A stretch of DNA of 60,676 nt, the filler included, from Asterionella formosa (lineage: Eukaryota), in NCBI GenBank assembly GCA_002256025.1. It is 8 parts of 8 records of this genome, joined end to end, with 100 filler letters (N's around TTAATTAATTAA, not from the genome) between each part and the next. Parts side by side here need not be neighbours in the genome. Positions count along the whole stretch, not along the records: positions 30,435 to 37,925 come from NKIB01012437.1; positions 38,026 to 45,512 come from NKIB01012438.1; positions 45,613 to 53,095 come from NKIB01012439.1; 5 more parts are not named here. One strand, written 5' to 3'. Below, in pieces: positions 34,641-48,500 of the stretch. Positions within the stretch are counted from its first letter, which is position 1. Each line of letters opens with the position of its first letter. The notes under the pieces are model-generated. The model had not been told where the DNA came from. It saw only the letters and a program-made list of their open reading frames with translations, and ran no database searches. The position numbers were made by a program, and so were the translations under genes.

Positions 34641-37599
34641 ACACACGTAGAATGTTGAGAACACCATTCGGTGTAGCAAAAAGACAGTCAAAGCGCAATT
34701 CTTCTGGAAAACAATGGCCAAGCATCATCGAGCAGTCGCCAAACCAGACACATTAACATACGATTTCTTTCGTAACAAACAGGATAGCTTCTGGGGAGGT
34801 TTCTGTGAGATACTGCCCCTGATGTACCGAAGAAATGATCACTGGCTATTTTACAAAACCATTACAGGGGTCCAGGTAGCTTCAGGAAGATGCGCAATTC
34901 TTTTTATGAACTTCAATCCATCCATTTTCTACAATTACGCTACTATGGAGGACTGCAGGATTGTGTTAGAACTAACAGGCATGGCAAGACAAAGTTGCCA
35001 GATGATGAGACAAAATTAGCAGATGCTAGGACAAATCATTAGGGCACGATGTCGAAGGGGTCACAGTTGAAGCAAGGAGAAGAAAAGGAGCAAAGTACGC
35101 AGGAGCAAAAACAAGACTGGTGGCTACTAGGAAGGCAAACTATTTACTCTACATGTTTGTAGAATTTGAATTAACAAGCAAATATAAATGTTATAGTGTT
35201 CATCAACGCATCTAATGCTCCTTGATTCACAAGAGTAGCTGTATTGTTATTAACAAGAGCAACCATCATGGATCTACTATCAAGTTGTTGCAACAAGCAA
35301 ACCGGCTTGCAAGTTACCATAATGGTACCACCGAGCAACTTCGGCGGTTACACCAGCCATCATTGGAGGGGGGGTCGTGAAAAGTGAAGATATTTGACTA
35401 AAGAGAAAAGTGAAGAAACGATAATAAAAAATTTCTTAAATAACCATTGGCCTAAATGACATTCCCATAGACAACATAGTACTAGTACCGGAGAAAATCT
35501 TCCATCCATCATGAGGACTGCTCCATGTGGATATATAGAGTGGATCTGCACCCCTACTTTGACAGAAGACTGTATGTAAGCATATGGAAAGGGTGTCTAC
35601 TGGGAAAATCTCCAATGAGCGTTATACATCATATTTATTATATACATGCGTGCTACCTCAAGCTTCGTGTTCAAATTCAGCAACCTTGAGGTTTGGGCCC
35701 CGGCTTAACTCGCCTACTAGTTTGGAGTAAAACATCGCTAGCTAGGGTTGAAAAAACCGTACAGAATAAGGAATTTGCTTCTATGGATTCCCATGATTCA
35801 GGTTCCTGTTTGAATATCTGAATTGAATAGGAATTGGCGCCAGATTGATAGAGTGCTATTTTAAACAAACAAAAATGATATTTAAATGTTTATATTGTAT
35901 ATACATTGCTATATGTAGATAAAATTTACCCCACGCCAAAAAATGTATAAATCGTGAGTATGCCAATATGTATACTCATGGTTCTTGTTAAAACAATAGA
36001 AATGATATCATTTATGAGTTTATATTATGNNNNNNNNNNNNNNNNNNNNNNNNNNNNNNNNNNNNNNNNNNNNNNNNNNNNNNNNNNNNNNNNNNNNNNN
36101 NNNNNNNNNNNNNNNNNNNNNNNNNNNNNNNNNNNNNNNNNNNNNNNNNNNNNNNNNNNNNNNNNNNNNNNNNNNNNNNNNNNNNNNNNNNNNNNNNNNN
36201 NNNNNNNNNNNNNNNNNNNNNNNNNNNNNNNNNNNNNNNNNNNNNNNNNNNNNNNNNNNNNNNNNNNNNNNNNNNNNNNNNNNNNNNNNNNGTCTTCCAA
36301 GCAAGCAAGATGAGATTCATGGAAGTCTGTGGAAGCTTTGTTGATTGCTGTGAGTTAATTCCATGACATTGTCTAACCTCCAGCAAGAAATACTTTCTTT
36401 CTACTCCAAAGGTGCCTTAAAGTAATCGCCTTGTCCGAATGGATGAACGTTGCAGTAATCCCAGATGGTCAGCCCGATAACAGTTTTGATGATGCCATGG
36501 TGATGTTGTTGGATGTGCAACTTTTTCTTCTTCTTCAGGATAGCTTTCAATGTCAGCATCAGTGGATGCGCTGATACTTGACAAAAGCATTTAGCATTTT
36601 TATTATGGAACCTCGGAAACTGTCTCAAGACCAGGAATAGACTTTTCAAGCTCATGTATCATCCGGACGATCAAGACAAGACTTTGACCAAGGAAGATTT
36701 AATGGTGATTGCAGTTTGCTCTATGCTCGATGTGTGGCAAAAACAGTTTGAATTGTAAAAAGAAATCAACACAGACCAATCGATTTGCTCGGTTTCGACT
36801 TACTTTGAGAGTCAATAATCATTCTAAGATCGTCTCAAGTACATCCCCAAGCATGGATTCTACCATGATACAAGGGCGTTGAAGGCAATCATGTGATTCA
36901 TCAAGAAACCAAGCGGGACTGGTGTCAATTTTTAACACGAAATTGTCCTTATATAGTTAAAGTTGAAGGCAACCATATTATCCATCAAGAAACCAAGCGT
37001 GACGAATTGTATAATGCATCAAGAAAACAAGTGTGTGAATAAACAAAAAATTGAACACAATTTTTTTACACAAAGCGGTTGTGGCAGCGCACATGCAAAC
37101 ATGATCGCAGCCAGCCATGCATGCAGTTGTGAACCAACGGCTAAACATAAGGCCCTCAAGTTATCTTACTACTAACACTAGTACTTACACTACTAACCCA
37201 CTTAATGTTCCTCTAGCGTAAAAATTCTATGCAGGGCGAATTATCATACTGACACCGCTAACCCTATTCATGATCTTTTCTGCCTTGCATACATTTTTTT
37301 CCTACAAATGCATGGGTTAACCCTATGACGATGTCTGGTTAGGGTACTGTGCCGAGGGCCATACCTGCCGACTTTTTTGAATCTGCCCAGGAAATTTTAG
37401 TGGTCATGAACCCTCCTGTTGGTCAGCTAATGGCCTATGTGCCTAACAAAAACCAGCCGAATGCTGAACAGATTGCACAAGTGCAACAATAGCAATGCTA
37501 TTATTATATATACATGACAAAACATTGAAAATGTCTCATGTCAGTCATCACCTGGATATCATTTGTTCTTTACAGGATAATTACAGTCTGGGCGGATAC

Positions 37600-37925
37600 C
37601 GCCCTTTTTCTGTTATGTGGGATAATCCAATTGCATAGCAGGATTCATGTATCCCATGCATGATATCACTGAACTATACCTACTTCTGAACGAATTAGTA
37701 TATGTCATATCAAACCTTTTCATAGGTGAAAGATTTTCCTTGGTGTGGGAGAGTGAGCGATCTCGCTCAACTACAGATATACCATTAAGGTTAGGTTTAC
37801 ATATATATATCAGAACTCTATCAGGAGAGAACTCGACTAACACTTTCTTGAATACTTTAGTGTCAACCTAGGAGATCGAGTTGCACACAAGAGTTAACAA
37901 ATAAGCTCATACATTCAAAAAAATA
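37600..37925 (+). mobile_element. Gypsy remnant: integrase 3' end, PPT and start of the 3' LTR
   Basis: atcaaaccttttcatagg...gtgtgggagag|tgagcgatc matches the reverse complement of 43425-43485. Confidence 0.7.
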
Positions 37926-39573
37926 NNNNNNNNNNNNNNNNNNNNNNNNNNNNNNNNNNNNNNNNNNNNTTAATTAATTAANNNNNNNNNNNNNNNNNNN
38001 NNNNNNNNNNNNNNNNNNNNNNNNNAAGATTACCCACTATGTAGCGCTTACAGCTCATGTCGATAACATGAACTCCATTGCCTGTGCGGCGCCTCCTGCC
38101 ATTCAGGGACAGCAACAGTCTCAAGTTGCTCAGCATGTCCTCCCAAAGCCATTAGTGGCCCCGCCCCCCACTGTGCTGCTTCCTGGAATTCCTGGGCATG
38201 CCCAAATTGCATCACCTGGTGTTCCTCAACTAATTGCTACTTCTCAAGGCGGAGCACCACCAGTGATGACGTTTTACCATCCCCAACCTATCCCAAGTAT
38301 GCCTGGGATGCTGCCATCTTCAATTCCAGCAGTGGTTATGTCAGCATCAGCTATTCAGCATTGAGGCATTCGTGAATTGGGGGGTTCGACATACACTGAA
38401 CATAACACTTCATACTCTCAATTGGAATAACAGGATTCTTACTTGCCTCATGCATTATGATTGTCCATATTGCTGGAACAAGTTCACATCTGTAAATTTA
38501 TAAAATCAATTTATATCCATCCAATGCAAGTAGATTCCAACCAGGTACTACTACTACTTGTGGTCTTAACAACAGCCAGATTGTGCCCACTGGGATGAGG
38601 CAGACAAACATCTTACTTGATTCTCTATCAATTTTGTCTTTGTTCCTGATGATCATCTCCACTTCATTCAGTTTAAATCCAAAAGGTGAAACCCAAGTAC
38701 TGAGAACAGTCTATTTTATGTTGTCAATTTATTAGCTTACTAGGTTGCTTCAACATGCCACCACCTGCAAATAAGATATGCAAAGTTGCAAGTGTTGGCT
38801 GTCCTCATCAATTTTGATGAGACCTATTTGTTTGAGCAGTCTTTTAATTGCTTGCAGACATACCTACTGATGCAAAGTTGACAGATGACTTGTAAGGTGA
38901 CAACAAAGTGAACACCTCAGCTACCACATGAAATGATGTATTTGCACAACAAAACCATGTTATCTGTCATGCCATTGTCTCATGGCACCTGTATACATTA
39001 CAGCAACCAACTTGGCCTTCACACGCCTTTGAAGTGTTATGATTGTTGATCGCTCAAAAAGAAAAGGGAAGAGAACAACATATGATGGTTAGTCTTGTTC
39101 GAAAAGTATGCAAATGAGAAGGTGGTGGTAAGAATGGACAACTAAGCATTTTAGCAAAGTGTAAGGGCGGTTCTTATCATTCTGTTATTTGTCATCACTG
39201 GTGTATCATCGCCGAAATATGATACAAAAATGGCGGTTTGGTTTTTTTGTGTATAACCAACGGTTTTTTTGGTCTGATCACTGGTGTATCATGGGTGTAT
39301 CTCTGATACAGTTTTTGGACCCCTGACCAATGCTGTATCAGTGATACAGCCGTTGATCACTGTGTATCATGTCTGTTGGCACTGATAAAATAACTGTAAA
39401 AATGCAAGCACAGCACTATTAAATATTGCGCCAACTATTTTTTGCTATATATGTACAGTACTCTGTATACACTACTACCTTTCAGCTTCGTCAGTGAAAC
39501 AAGAATCAGTAGTAAGCTCATCTCCATACCTATCTTGCTTCCAACATCGACTATATCTCGACTAATTGGCGCA

Positions 39574-40260
39574 ATGAGCAGCAAAGTAGTGGATACAGCT
39601 GAAACTTCTGATTCTGCCGATATTCCCATTTCGGAAAAGAATCGATGCCTTGTAGCTGATGAGATGTCGACGATATTGTTGAGTCGTCTACAGCTGGTCC
39701 AACCGACATTGACGAGATGGGTTCACCTGAAAAGAAAATACCTCCAACTGCTGGTACACTTGACGTTGACGAGATGGATCCATCTGAAAATAAAATACCT
39801 GCAACTGCTGGTACACTTCTTGACATTGACAAGATGGATCCATCTGAAAATAAAATACCTGCAACTGCTGGTACACTTCTTGACATTGACGAGATGGATC
39901 CATCTGAAAAAAATACCTGCAACTGCTGGTACAAATCTTGACATTGACAAGATGCATCCCCCTGAAAAGAGGAAAGTCTTTCCCGGTTGTCTAGCCAATA
40001 TTGATGAGTTCGTCAACTCACTCATAGTACCAGATGACTTTGTTCTGGATGAAAGTGGGCTGGGATTGATTCATATAAAAGAAATTGGCATAAAACATAT
40101 ATCTGTCAAGGTACTTCGAAAAATTTGCGTGAGATTTAAAGTGTCAGGGTACAGGAATGGCAAGACGGACTTCACTATTTCCTTAATTATCAGTTTACTG
40201 AAAAGAGACTGGCTGGGTTGTTCAACTATACCCCCCTTCTACTATACATCAAAATTATGA
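39574..40260 (+). pseudogene. Frameshifted ORF with 20-aa repeats, probably a transposon accessory gene
   Basis: MSSKVVDTAE..., then (DIDEMDPSENKIPATAGTLL)n, then VLRKICVRFKVSGYRNGK. The frame shifts within the repeat block. Confidence 0.35.
39705..39968 (+). repeat. Tandem repeat, ~60-bp unit, ~4.4 copies
   Basis: gacattgacgagatggatccatctgaaaataaaatacctgcaactgctggtacacttctt is repeated. Confidence 0.9.
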
Positions 40261-41289
40261 AAGGAGCAGAAAAGAAGGACATGCATGTATATTTACATTT
40301 TAAATATCAATCCAATATCTACAGCAAAATCAAGCGCCTCATTACCATCGTCCTTCCAGGAAACCAAAATCTACGTTGACAAATAAAAATTAGAACGCTT
40401 GGATGGCGTCCGAATCAGTTGGCCATTTCACAAAAGCTATTTCGCGGTCTCAAAGGCTGGTACCAAACAGAGGATAGAGGATCTAATGATATTAGATAAA
40501 ACAGAAAAGATGGGTTTGCCAGCACCGAAGCCAATGAATTGAATTTGTACAATTTGAAATAGAACTAAAAACCTTTGCTTTCGTAATAAGCGCCAGTAGA
40601 GCAACGGCTAAACTACCCAACCATGGTAAAGGTGCTATCAACAAGGTCTGACAACAGTATCTGCTTTGTAGGATACCAAGCCTTCAACTTTGCTGCAGCT
40701 CAAGATAATGTTGGAAATGACGGACAACACTGGCAAGAACTGTCTAATGTGCAGTGCTGAAAACACCACATCAGGCATCCCGATTATCACCTACTACCCT
40801 GCAGCATTGAAACAAGCCACACTGCTAAATCTATGGAAGATCTACGCCAGGTACTAAAAGCGCTCCTATTCGATTCAAGAAGCATTGACTGCCAATAGCA
40901 TGTGCCCCCATCCAGAAAGATGCTACACAATTTCCACAAAAGACAATGCTGACCTTCAAGCACACTCCATCTTATGCCAGCAAAGTGACCAAACACTCAT
41001 CTCAGATCACAGAAGTCACGAATCAATTAACATTTGATGCCGTCTGCAAATAACAAGTATCATGCATATAGAATCGAGGGTATCCTATGTTGAGTAGCAC
41101 AGGATTTTCACATGTAAGATAGTTTTTGAATCAAAACTATGATCAATGTATCCTATGCCTATGATGATTTATTAATATTTTACCGACCTTGAAGTATAAT
41201 GATAATAAGATCATTATCATCATACAATGTATATCAAACTGATCAACAGCATTTCTTATCAATATCATAAACCTTCTCATTTTATATTA

Positions 41290-42995
41290 ACTACTTGTGA
41301 TCGCCAAATGTAAGTTAATACTACAACGCATCCTACAAATAGCTAAACTCTTTACTATCAAGTCAATTGTTTCATCATATATCTATCTTAAACATGATCA
41401 TAATTCTTCTAATCACAAAAATTGTTCAAAATAGATTGATATGGATTGTAATTTAACCATCAAATTTAGCAATGCTATTTCTGTTCCTTTAGCTAACCCA
41501 AGGAATGTCTCTTTTACTCTCCACTCGTCTCAATCTATATTCCTGTCTCGCCCATTTATTCCTCAATTCTGAATCAAGTGCCAGGCAGTGCGTAATGTTG
41601 CGTCTCTTTCCCTGCTGTTAGTGTCACTCTGAACTCGCCGACTATTCCGTTGTTTGATTGGTTTTATTGTCCTAGCTATGCAGTTACGGTAACAATGAGA
41701 AGATATGACTTGTTAGCTAGTCGTGTTACACTGACACAATATCACACAATTCCATCGTATCCTCTTGCTTCTCTTACCACAAATCCAAGCAACTGATGCA
41801 TATGTATGTACTAGTAAATTGTCAGTCAATTATTGAAAAAGTATATTTCAGGTATCCAATTTTGTCAAATAAAACTTAGCGATTCATTTTCGATAGCTTA
41901 AGTTTGAAAGAAGGTAAACATGTCCGTCATTTATGTTCCAGCAGTAGTGAATAGGTCCAACGACAAGAGCACTTTACCAATTTTGTTTTGTTTTACATTG
42001 GTGCTCCCCTACAAGCGAAATCAGCTATTGAATCAACTGAGAAGAAAAGAAACGTGCGTTTAGTTTACTTTTTGATTTGTCCTCCCAATGATTGTCATCC
42101 ACATAGCACATTGATGGCTTCATTACCTTAAACATACTCCATCTTTCGAAGGCGCAATGTGTCGAAGCCACAATGTTTTTCGTTATTGCGTAAACTTTCT
42201 TTTGCAAAATGTTACTACAACATTTCTTTTCACAAAGCAGGTATTGTTTGTTAACATGTCAGAACGATTTAAAATATATCTGCCATGTATAAGGCTATAA
42301 AATTTGTGAAAATATAAAAATATCAAGTGTCATAAATTTATAAATTCAAAAGCATTCGATCATAATATTTGCATATACATAATTCGAAAATATTCAATGC
42401 ATGATATGTCCTTTGTTTTCCACGACCTCGTGTACTGGTACTGTTTCTGAAAATTGTTTGCATCAATATTTTCAACTTTCTACATCAGTTGTTTCTAATT
42501 ATTTAGGCCATTCAATTGGCGGAAGTAGCAACCCATTTGTATCAATATTTATACACAAGGTTTTGGTATCTTAATTATTTAAGCCCCTCAATTGGTGGGA
42601 GTGATGAAGCAATTTACATGCTGTGTACATCATATGATCATAACATTTTATCATATGTATACAGATTACCAGTAGAAGGTAGGAAGTGATATACTGGGGG
42701 AAGTCGGAGTAGTAAGCGAGCAACAGAGCACCATATGTTCAAGACTGTTGCTACTGCAGTGGGACAGTAAATTATCATAGTTTCAGGATCATATGATTGT
42801 AAAATTGAAAGGGGGTAGTCGGAGTAGTAAACGTGCAACAGAACACCGTATGTTCAGGACTGTTGCTACTGAAACAAGACAGCAAATCTAGGAAGTGATA
42901 TACTGGTACTCGGAGTAATAAGTGAGCAACAGAACACCATATGTTCAGGACTGTTGCTACTGCAGCGGGACAGTAAAATCATCATAGTTTCAGGC
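41290..42995 (+). repeat. Dispersed non-coding repeat, copy A
   Basis: Colinear reverse-complement similarity to 49827-51357, e.g. ccttaaacatactccatc.ttcgaaggcgcaatgtgt and cgggacagtaaa.tcatcatagtttcagg. Contains a 3-copy ~100-bp tandem at 42700-42995. Confidence 0.85.
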
Positions 42996-43210
42996 TAGTG
43001 TCATCGTAATATTGAGAGCAAGATATGCAATTACTCAAACTCGGTTCTGATTTTGTATGTGATAATGCAAATAGCACTGTTGGTCTTATGTTATTGTATC
43101 TAGACAGCGTAAAATATTATACGTAGTGGCTCATGATTCATTTAATTGTAACAACACCTGATTTTAACTTTTGAAAAGGAAAACGGGGAGTTGACGGAAA
43201 CTCCGAAGTA

Positions 43211-45085
43211 TGAAAAGTCACGTACAAAAACGGTGTATTATCTGAAATCGACCTCGCATCACGTTTTCCCAAAAGACCTCAAAAGAACGCGAAGTTCGCA
43301 AAAGTTCGCAAAAGACCTGAACTGACATCAAAGTATAGAAAAGGGGTAAGTCGAGTTCTCTTATTATTGAATTCCGATATATTTGATACATCCCTAACCC
43401 TATATACATCTGTATCAACGTGCAGGATTGCTCACTCTCCCACACTTGAGGGAAAACCTTTTACCTATGAAAAGGTTTGATACGACGAATGATAATTTGT
43501 TCTGTAATGTGCATAGTGCGTTGAAAAGTAACTGTACCATTGGCATGTACTTGAATAATAGTATAAGGACCTCGTCCATGATCATCCAAAGTAGTAGGAT
43601 TATCCAATAATATTAAAATCTCGTCACCCACTTTGTAATCATAAGATCGACGACGGAAATTAGCACGATGTAAACGTTCGTCAATTATCACTTGTCGACG
43701 TTGATATATTAATTGTAAATCTGTAATCAAAGGAATATTTAATATCATATCACGTTGAAAAACCCATGCTCCTGGTGAAATACGTAATATACTATGAATA
43801 GTAGCTCGAGCTGCATATGACGCAGCTGCAAAACATGTATCCACAATATTTTGGGCTTGAATTTCATTGATTGGAGGATGAGCCTTTAACATAACTCGTA
43901 GGCTATTGCTGATAGATTGATATAAATGTTCACAGATAGCATTTGCTTGCTTGTGGATTCTTGACTGTAGTAGTCACATCTTTAATTCCATTCAACATTA
44001 ACATGTGAAAGAAAGGAACACCAGTAAATTCACCTCCATTGTCATGTATACAACGTTCTGGACGGGGATATCTGGCTAACCAATCATTTTCAAATTTCAT
44101 TGCTATATATTCTGCTGTTTTGTTGGTGACACGTGAAATTTCGGCTAAATTGGTGACTGTGTCAAGACAAGTTAGAGCACGAAATTCAATCGCTTGAGCA
44201 GCCACTGTTATCTTCCATGGACCAATTAGATCCACTGCAACTTCTGACCATGGTAATAACAATGCATTCCTGGGTGGAAGTTCACCAAAACCAGCACCAG
44301 GTAATTTTGTATGTTGACATGCTTCACATATGCTTACAATATGTTCCACTTTTGCTTTTAATGTAGGGTGATAAAAATGTGTAGCAATTGTAGCATTTAA
44401 TCTTTTCATACCCACATGACTGATGATACCAATTAATAATAGGATCCAATAAAGATGTAGGAATAGCAATACACCAAGTATCTCCTGGATTCTTCACAAA
44501 ACATATTAAAAATTTAATCATGAAAATTGATAGAAGGAAATTTTAATGGATGTGTTTGTTGATTGAGAATCAATTGTATATCCAGCAATTATCGATCATG
44601 TATTAAATTATAATCCAGAGGATATTGAATATTGTCTGTCAAGATGGGATGATTAAGGAAACATGTAAGCAAAGGTTCATCATCTAATTCAATTGAAAAA
44701 GTAGAAGTGGAAGTTGATGTTGGAGATCATCTAATTCAATCGAAAAGTAGAAGTGGAAGTTGATGTTGGAGATTTCGGTCCAATATCAATATCATCTCCC
44801 ACCAAAGACTCAAGCCTCGGGAGGCGAGATATGGAATCTGCAAAAGCATTGTCAGTCCCTTTCACGTAGTGAAAAGTAGGATGATATTCTTCAATGGAAA
44901 GTCTCCATCGTAGCACACGTTGAGTATGTTAAGTATTATTAATAAGATTTCGATGATCAGTGTGAACATGTAGAACTGCGCCCAATAACATACAGCGAAA
45001 TTCTTTGAAAGTTTCTACCACAGAAAGTAATTCTTTTTCAATAGTAGCATAATTCTTTTGAGCAGCAGATAATTTGCGAGAATAA
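43211..45085 (-). mobile_element. Degenerate Ty3/Gypsy LTR retrotransposon: RNase H, integrase, PPT and 3' LTR (43211-43434)
   Basis: [27 protein letters not shown] (RNase H). H..H..CEAC zinc finger, VAVDLIGPW, IHDNGGEF and KNPQA (integrase). PPT gtgtgggagag is followed by a TG...CA bounded segment. Confidence 0.9.
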
Positions 45086-45512
45086 TGGGCGTGCTCTGAT
45101 AATAAAAAATTATTATATCATGTGTGTATTATAACACAAATTATTCTGGTGATCTGCTACATAATATCGTCCTTGCGCTCTGATAATAGAGATATTTTAG
45201 ATTACTTCTCTGACATTATATATATTTTTAACTTTAATTTTCAACAGTTAAATTTTCATATCGATGCATCCTCTTGTATGCTATGCCGCCTCTTGTTCAT
45301 TATATGCATGAGTTCTATATATTCATCATTGTCGGTCACTGACCATGTCGACTTTCATCTCATCTCCTGATGATGATGATGATGATGATGATGATGACAT
45401 TATGATCACATTGCTACTGTTAGCAATGTGCTATCCACCAGTAAATAGGACGCCATCGTTCAGGGAAAGTTTGACTGTTGATGAGGTCAGAAGAAGAAGT
45501 GGCAAAATCCGT
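45086..45512 (+). mobile_element. Harbinger copy (terminus and transposase start) inserted in the Gypsy RNase H region
   Basis: Near-identical to the reverse complement of 11790-12199. Preceded by TAA (45083-45085), the canonical Harbinger target. Confidence 0.9.
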
Positions 45513-48500
45513 NNNNNNNNNNNNNNNNNNNNNNNNNNNNNNNNNNNNNNNNNNNNTTAATTAATTAANNNNNNNNNNNNNNNNNNNNNNNNNNNNNNNN
45601 NNNNNNNNNNNNAAGAACAAGACTAGATAGACTATTAACAGAAAGCTCACAATATTACAAAGTGTAAAGTGAAAATACGTTTTCAGCTTTAGAGATCTTA
45701 AAAGTAAGATCTGTGATATTTCAACTAGACAATTTAACAAGGAGTAACATGACAGGTGCCATCATCAACATTCTGAAGATAGAGAAATCTTAATTTAATT
45801 AGTATGCTTGACCATGGCGGGAAGTCAAATACGACAACAACAATCAACAAGCACATATCTGTCCTCTTTTCCTTGTTGAATACATGTTAATGCAGAGCAC
45901 CAGTTCTTTCATGTTCCGTCTGCGTTGCTGAGTTGTTGATCATAGCTCATTGAGATTGACGTCTTTTCTTTGTCATTGTAGAAAAATTATGAAGAAGTAA
46001 CAAAAAATAAATTGTGATTAGAAATAAATAAAACAATACTATTGTAGAGCAGCGAAAAAACCAACACATGAGCACTAAAACTTGCTGCCGAGATCTGATG
46101 AGAGACAATGTAGGACACGTAGAAAACATACTACCAAAACATAATTAAATTTTAACGGATGATTGTATCTCACGAAAACTACCAGTACAATGACAAGTTT
46201 GAAGTCAAACTTTGACCTACCATAGCGTATTGATTTTTGATACCCAAGGACTGATTGAGGTCGCTTTTCAACAATCATTAATTTATTTGTCACTATTTAT
46301 CAAATCTAGAGAAGGAGTTGGCCGGAAAGGCTATCAGAAATCAACAGAAAGGGTTACCAGAATTTTTGGCGCCACTGGGATGAAGCAAGCATGATGCAAC
46401 AACATGAATCCCATGAGAAGTTGAATTATCCAACAACAAGCCAGATCCATTTGATGAAGAGTCAGCACTTGAGACATCAATGAACCGATTTGTAATATAC
46501 ATTGGAGCATGCTGGAAGATAGCTAGCAGGGATAAAAATAGCAGTGGAATTGCAGTCAACACTTAACAGAAAGCCATCATTTCGTGCCTTCACGTAGCTC
46601 ATCCTACTCTCTTAAATTTTCGGCAGTCAATTTTCTTTAAAAAAAATGGTAGTCCATAGGGGGCAATTGATATGAGTAATCCATTTCCCTTAAAAATGGC
46701 AGTCCATTTCGACAGGCAAATCTAGGGGCTATTGAAAATATTGAAAGTAGTTTGGCAGTCCAAAAACAGAGCATATAAAATATACAAAATATGGTTTATG
46801 TGATGGGCAATTGCAGGATTGAGTAATCAAAAAACTCTACAGGATATCTTCCAAAAAATTCACACATTCGTGAAGAACTGGCACCAAAGCACCATTGCAG
46901 ATCATCATGGCCAGCACTGAACATGATGACATGTTATTTCAACCAGAAGATGATAGCGGATGGTCATGTGGACCATTTACAATTGTATTGGAAACTCTAT
47001 TGCAACTAGAAAGGAATGGCAAAACCAAATTTCTTGGCGACCGGGCTCAATCCCGTTTGTAGACGGAGTCCTGGAAAGTTTTAAAACGTCAGGTGGTAGC
47101 AACAGATCGAACAGACAATTTGTTATCTGCTAAATCTGACCACCAACCAAGTCAATATTCTTTCATCTTGGAACAGTTTGGCCTCAACTGACAACGACAA
47201 ATTCTCGTGAGAATATGTTTCAGTTGGAAATAACTGTTCTTCAATTTTGTATCGACAAAATTTTGAGCTCCTATGATGTTGTCTACGTGAAATCCATGAC
47301 CCAACAAATAAGTGAAAAAGTTTCTCTCTTCAAATCGTACAATCATGCACCGGTTGGCCACTTTTCTGGATGCATCAAAATTGACAAAAAGTTGAAAAAA
47401 TATTTTGTAACTGATGATAGCCCTTCTGGAATCAAATAGAAAAAGTTTACAGACTCATACGAACTGCGGTTGACAAGTGAAGAAGCAAAATTTCGGACGA
47501 AACGAGAAGGACCATCTTAGGTTCTTTGGGAGTGAAAAAGAACAAAGAATGGATCATTGGGATCATCCAATGTCATCATTCCTTAGGACATTGTAGTTTG
47601 TGAAAACCTCCTAATAACTTAACTAGTAGACTATGCGAAACTATTTTATCATTATCATTTATATTATTCTTGTATATTTATCAACGTTCGCTTGTTCGTT
47701 TTTGGTCACATCCAATTGATTTCCATAAATGATGTGGTGGTATGGCAAGAAAAAAATTGTTTTTCTGTATCTGTTCCAAAACTTCTTGCGGTTTTCAGAG
47801 ATTCCCTTGATTCCTGCTGTCGTTTTAAAGCAGGTACAACAAATGCTGCCGAAAGTATGTTATGAAATTCAACAACGCTCAATTCAGTTGTATCATTGCA
47901 TAAGGTATGGAAGGAGCAATTCCACTAGGATTCCTTCCATATTCAGATCGATTCTTTTGTTTAAGTCCAGTGTAGATTTCCTTATAATAACCGAGTAAGT
48001 CATCAGTCCATTGATCAGTGAGACCATTTGAAACTGAACTTTCTTCCCTCACACTTTTTTGATAAGTGGTTTCCCACCAATGTCGACAAAATCAGTAGAA
48101 TGACGAATATCGTTCTCTGAAATTTCATGCGTATCTCGATTGAATCTCAAATATTTTTGTTGCAATTGGAATTTTCCTTTCAGCACCAAGAAGCAAAATT
48201 ATTCTGTACTGGCATTGATTGGCAAACCAACAAAACGTGATTGCAATTCACATTGTGCCTGAAGACTGAGTTGAAATTTGGTCACACCAGATTTTTCTCC
48301 CGTTAGAAATGGTTCTCCATGGCTTGTCATCCCTATAAAATACACTGGAGCAAGATCATCACGGCATACTTGGTATCCTTGGCTTCCCCTGTCATTGATG
48401 TCCTTTGACTGCGCAAAACGATAAAGCGTGAACGCCAACCTAATAAAGTCATCAATATCCATAGTCTGGAAGTTAGCTATATTCTGTTAGACCAGCTGGT

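Noticed and set aside
35954..36386. ORFs spanning N gaps (also 32111-32509)
   Set aside because: Artefacts of undetermined bases.
38068..38364. Pro-rich ORF at a contig start
   Set aside because: Low complexity and partial, with no assignable family.
39442..40260. 272-aa ORF with LTRWIHLKIKYLQLLVHF repeats
   Set aside because: Probably an off-frame reading of the 60-bp repeat. The hydrophilic DIDEMDPSENK frame fits the flanking sequence better.
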